Shown one piece after another: positions 62,101 to 64,000 of a stretch of DNA of 64,000 nucleotides (position 1 is its first letter; each line of letters begins with the position of its first letter). The translations under genes and the position numbers were made by a program. The notes under the pieces were generated by a model. That model did not search any database. It saw only the letters and a list, made by a program, of their open reading frames with translations, and was not told the origin of the DNA. The DNA is from Spirochaetia bacterium (GTDB lineage Bacteria > Spirochaetota > Spirochaetia > UBA9216): assembly GCA_963675665.1 (NCBI GenBank), contig OY776510.1:4640001-4704000 (forward strand), written 5' to 3'.

Positions 62101-62261
62101 CCGGAGATTATTCCGTAAGCCCACTGCCCGGAGATAAAAATCATTCCTGCAAGCGCCGCAAGCGTCAAAACTGTCTGAACAACAGTTCCGGCTTTTCTTA
62201 AAAGCCCGAGAAAAAAAGCTGTTCCGAGGGCTGTTACTATAAGATAAATCGGTTCTACCAT
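59115..62261 (-). CDS. Tandem-fused MrpD/MrpA-like proton-translocating subunit (MbxH-H' fusion)
   Basis: Two antiporter modules: DLFNLFVFIEI..ELKPFPANGW..RRLLGYSSISQIG..GLPP, and FFFFWELM..KTASAGLHIWLPGAHAEA..KRLLAYSSIGQMG..GIPPLAGF. Confidence 0.9.
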   Translation of the reverse strand: MVEPIYLIVTALGTAFFLGLLRKAGTVVQTVLTLAALAGMIFISGQWAYGIISGSVDGAGIFTAGMAPPLSINLYMGKIESVLLLLVNLTAFLSTMHFGRKYKQASVYMFMLVLVFTMGLNGIILTRDLFNLFVFIEIVSIASAGLIALKSDLKQLGAGFKFIIAGALASGFMLIGIIFTYYQTGSLNIDVISGMMTPALASGGYAGLFLVFIGVVLELKPFPANGWGLDVYQASIPPVSAMIAGGTATAMFYAFMKVTDLTGGIFIDAAMYIGVITFIGMNIIALKQVTARRLLGYSSISQIGLIMLVFALVKSLGIVNGELIVLGLLITHAIAKAVLFWLAGIINRESINEWGVIRKRNILIVVFAIAVGALLGLPPFPSFFAKWDLITALASKGQYAWIFVILGGGLLEAVYLMRWFGNAVKDSYNEEDSIDLRFGTLLPVIAGSAALVVLGYLSAELSVFENSINWLLPAAVLAILLLDFLPAVVKNILLIAAVGWYGYPLLSEIEGYKSIFAAIFIIGAVITLLPGFMKKGRRPGFYPSVTMMFAGLVGIIEAADMLSFFFFWELMTLGSYFLILRGKKSKPHALSYMLFSLGGAYLIMSGFSAVYAETGTSSIALTMLAEASSSSFSGIITLLLAVGFMTKTASAGLHIWLPGAHAEAETDVSPMVSGILLKAGVFGLLMTFIAFGDQFIGKINIPYVLSWVGVLTALIANYLAAMQEDAKRLLAYSSIGQMGYALFGISLLSHLGWLSALSLSIVHFIYKVVLFLAIGGVVHRVKTRNMYQMGGLITRMPVSFFTVLVSIIALSGIPPLAGFSGRWLTYNAVIEKGWLLQGVVGGVAGLVAFLYLFRLIAAIFLGQLKDQHRKVKEAPFWLILPQILLILVVMYLSFFPGAFLRPIGDIISEFHPEGALSWSGGLAVSEYGYWNGEAVMWVFMGLFALYFIILLVSNRGNQKIKQFNIVYAAERPARPETTHFAYNMFAHYRKAVGFLEYPLTTKFWNSITDLLHSIAGFFRRIYSGNGQTYLLQIVIFTVLCYILSNGGF

Positions 62262-62605
62262 TTCAGCTCCTCAAATTTATCAATCTCGAGCGTGCCTTTC
62301 CTGTTGTACATATTAACAGCATAAGTAAGCATAAAAGCGGTTATACCGAGTCCTATGACTATCGCCGTAAGCACCAGAGCCTGGGGCACCGGGTCAACAT
62401 AAGACACGCCGACTTCCGACAGACCGGAAATTATCGGGGCTTCGCCGCCGCTGATATATCCGACTGCAATCATAAGAATGTGAATTCCCAAATCAAAGAT
62501 TGAAAAACCCACTATCATGCGGATTATATCCTTGTTTGTAAGCGCGCCCCACAATCCGACAAGGACAAGGACTGCACCTGTTGATACCGCAACTGTTCCA
62601 ATCAT
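62255..62605 (-). CDS. MrpC/MnhC (MbxG)-like subunit
   Basis: DPVPQALVLTAIVIG. Confidence 0.92.
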   Translation of the reverse strand: MIGTVAVSTGAVLVLVGLWGALTNKDIIRMIVGFSIFDLGIHILMIAVGYISGGEAPIISGLSEVGVSYVDPVPQALVLTAIVIGLGITAFMLTYAVNMYNRKGTLEIDKFEELKW

Positions 62606-63306
62606 CCTTCTTCCTCCTCTGCAGTTTCACCATTCAGAGAAATAACAACAGAACTCAACTCGGAACCGACCTTCAGTCCTATTACCGAGTAAATGACGGG
62701 AATAAGACCTGCGCTGAACAGGGTTCCGAACTCTCCGAGCGGAACAATACGGTTATCAAGAAAACCGTTGGCTATCAGGACCGCGCCGGCGGCGCCGAGA
62801 CCGACAAAAGCCATGCCGGAGATCGATTCGATAACGGACAGCACCGAATGCCCGATTTTTCTGTTCGGATTTGCAAGAACGGTAAGGACCACTCCCGACG
62901 CAATAATAGCGCCGCCCTGAAAACCTCCGCCCGGGCTTAAGTGGCCGTTTATAAACACATAGACTCCGAATAAAAGAATCAACGGAAATAACAGAGACGA
63001 GGCAGTTTTCAAAATCTCGCTGCCCTCTCGGCGCATTTCATTTTCATTTTTATTAAGGTGAATAAGCAGGCCCACCACAGCTGCGGCTGCAAAAAGAATT
63101 GTAACTTCGCCGAGGGTATCCAGACCCCGGTAGGTCACAACTACAGAGGTAACGATATTGGCCGAACCCAGTTCCGAAGGCCCTTTCTCAATGTAATGGG
63201 ACGAAACCTCAGGCAATTCGTCTTTAACGGTAAAACCGGATATAAAGCCGAACATTATCAGGCCCAATGAAATTATCATCAATAAAGTAAACGCTTTTCT
63301 AACCAT
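62602..63306 (-). CDS. MrpB/MnhB-like subunit (MbhE-F type fusion)
   Basis: NIVTSVVVTYRGLDTLGE plus GHLSPGGGFQGG. Confidence 0.92.
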   Translation of the reverse strand: MVRKAFTLLMIISLGLIMFGFISGFTVKDELPEVSSHYIEKGPSELGSANIVTSVVVTYRGLDTLGEVTILFAAAAVVGLLIHLNKNENEMRREGSEILKTASSLLFPLILLFGVYVFINGHLSPGGGFQGGAIIASGVVLTVLANPNRKIGHSVLSVIESISGMAFVGLGAAGAVLIANGFLDNRIVPLGEFGTLFSAGLIPVIYSVIGLKVGSELSSVVISLNGETAEEEEG

Positions 63307-63541
63307 TGTCGCGGCTCCTTATTTTCCTGAGGGCAAAAAAGAAGATGAAGGTTGTTAACCCGCTGCCGATGGCTGCTTCCGTCATTGCGACATCAGGGGC
63401 CGCCATAATGATGAAAAGTATTGATGCAAACAAACCCGCAGCTCCGCCTGCAAGCACTGCAACAATCCTGTCCTTAACTATTACCGCAGTCAGAGCCATA
63501 ATTACTGTAAGTACCGATATAATAATAAAGATAATCTCCAT
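63299..63541 (-). CDS. DUF4040/MbhD-like subunit
   Basis: AAPDVAMTEAAIG. Confidence 0.9.
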   Translation of the reverse strand: MEIIFIIISVLTVIMALTAVIVKDRIVAVLAGGAAGLFASILFIIMAAPDVAMTEAAIGSGLTTFIFFFALRKIRSRDNG

Positions 63542-63543
63542 AA

Positions 63544-63870
63544 TCAGACTTCCTCCCCGATTTTTTCATCAAGCTTGTCCTCAATTGTCAAAGGACTCAT
63601 CGGCTCTCCGCTGAAATGGGCCGCCCGGGCAACCACGTGAGAAGAAACCGGGTTTGTGAGAATTATGAAAATAAGCAGAATTACAAGTTTAGGAATCCAG
63701 CCGGGGATCATCAGCGCAATTCCGGCAAGCACAAAAATAGTGCCCAGCGTTGTTGCCTTGGTTCCGGTCTGTATCCTGTTATACACATCAGGCATCCTGA
63801 TCACACCTAGGGCACTGAGGAAAAAGATAACTGAACCGATTAGCACAAGAATAGAACCTGCAGTTTCCAT
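63544..63870 (-). CDS. MrpG/MnhG-like subunit
   Basis: GVIRMPDVYNRIQTGTKATTLG...TNPVSSHVVARAA. Confidence 0.92.
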   Translation of the reverse strand: METAGSILVLIGSVIFFLSALGVIRMPDVYNRIQTGTKATTLGTIFVLAGIALMIPGWIPKLVILLIFIILTNPVSSHVVARAAHFSGEPMSPLTIEDKLDEKIGEEV

Positions 63871-64000
63871 TACAGCCCCCTCTCGTAATATCGCGCAACA
63901 ACAAGAACACCCAGGAAGCTCAGCAACCCGTATACAAGCGCAACATCAATATAGATAAATTTTCTGAACCAGTATGCAAACATCGCAATAAGCGAAATTG
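63870..64000 (-). CDS. MrpF/MnhF-like subunit (5' end beyond window)
   Basis: Manual translation: ...ISLIAMFAYWFRKFIYIDVALVYGLLSFLGVLVVARYYERGL*. Confidence 0.85.
   Translation of the reverse strand, partial: ISLIAMFAYWFRKFIYIDVALVYGLLSFLGVLVVARYYERGL

Overview
Core chromosomal region of a free-living, probably anaerobic spirochete (Spirochaetales). Support: RpoB has Asn at the Ser531-equivalent site, and secY abuts rpmJ with no adk/map/infA. 1-7 kb: tlyA (partial)-ymdB-rny, plus a 1285-aa membrane protein with a ~500-aa Glu-rich tandem-repeat tract. 7-35.4 kb: one contiguous minus-strand superoperon, tRNA-Thr-rpmG-tRNA-Trp-secE-nusG-rplKAJL-rpoBC-rpsLG-(no fusA)-tuf-S10-spc-alpha, with several hairpin-packed spacers. 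35.6-42.1 kb: an HD-domain gene, then an AT-rich run of four unrelated co-oriented genes separated by a shared degenerate repeat; an intact IS66 (19-bp IRs, 8-bp TSD) sits in the last codon of the fourth gene. 42-53 kb: prs, an 84-bp tandem repeat plus long palindrome, Na/Pi cotransporter, argH, clpB, prsW, tRNA-fMet with tRNA-end-duplication elements, an EAL phosphodiesterase and small genes. 53.4-64 kb (runs off the window): an Mrp-antiporter-coupled complex-I/Mbx-like operon. Its large subunit cannot bind NiFe, its NuoI subunit is fused to a GltD/NfnL-type flavoprotein, and it ends in a ferritin-like di-iron gene. Best candidates for an undescribed system: this Mrp-Mbx-flavoprotein-ferritin complex and the repeat-delimited gene-cassette array. 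All calls are by eye from motifs; no searches were run.
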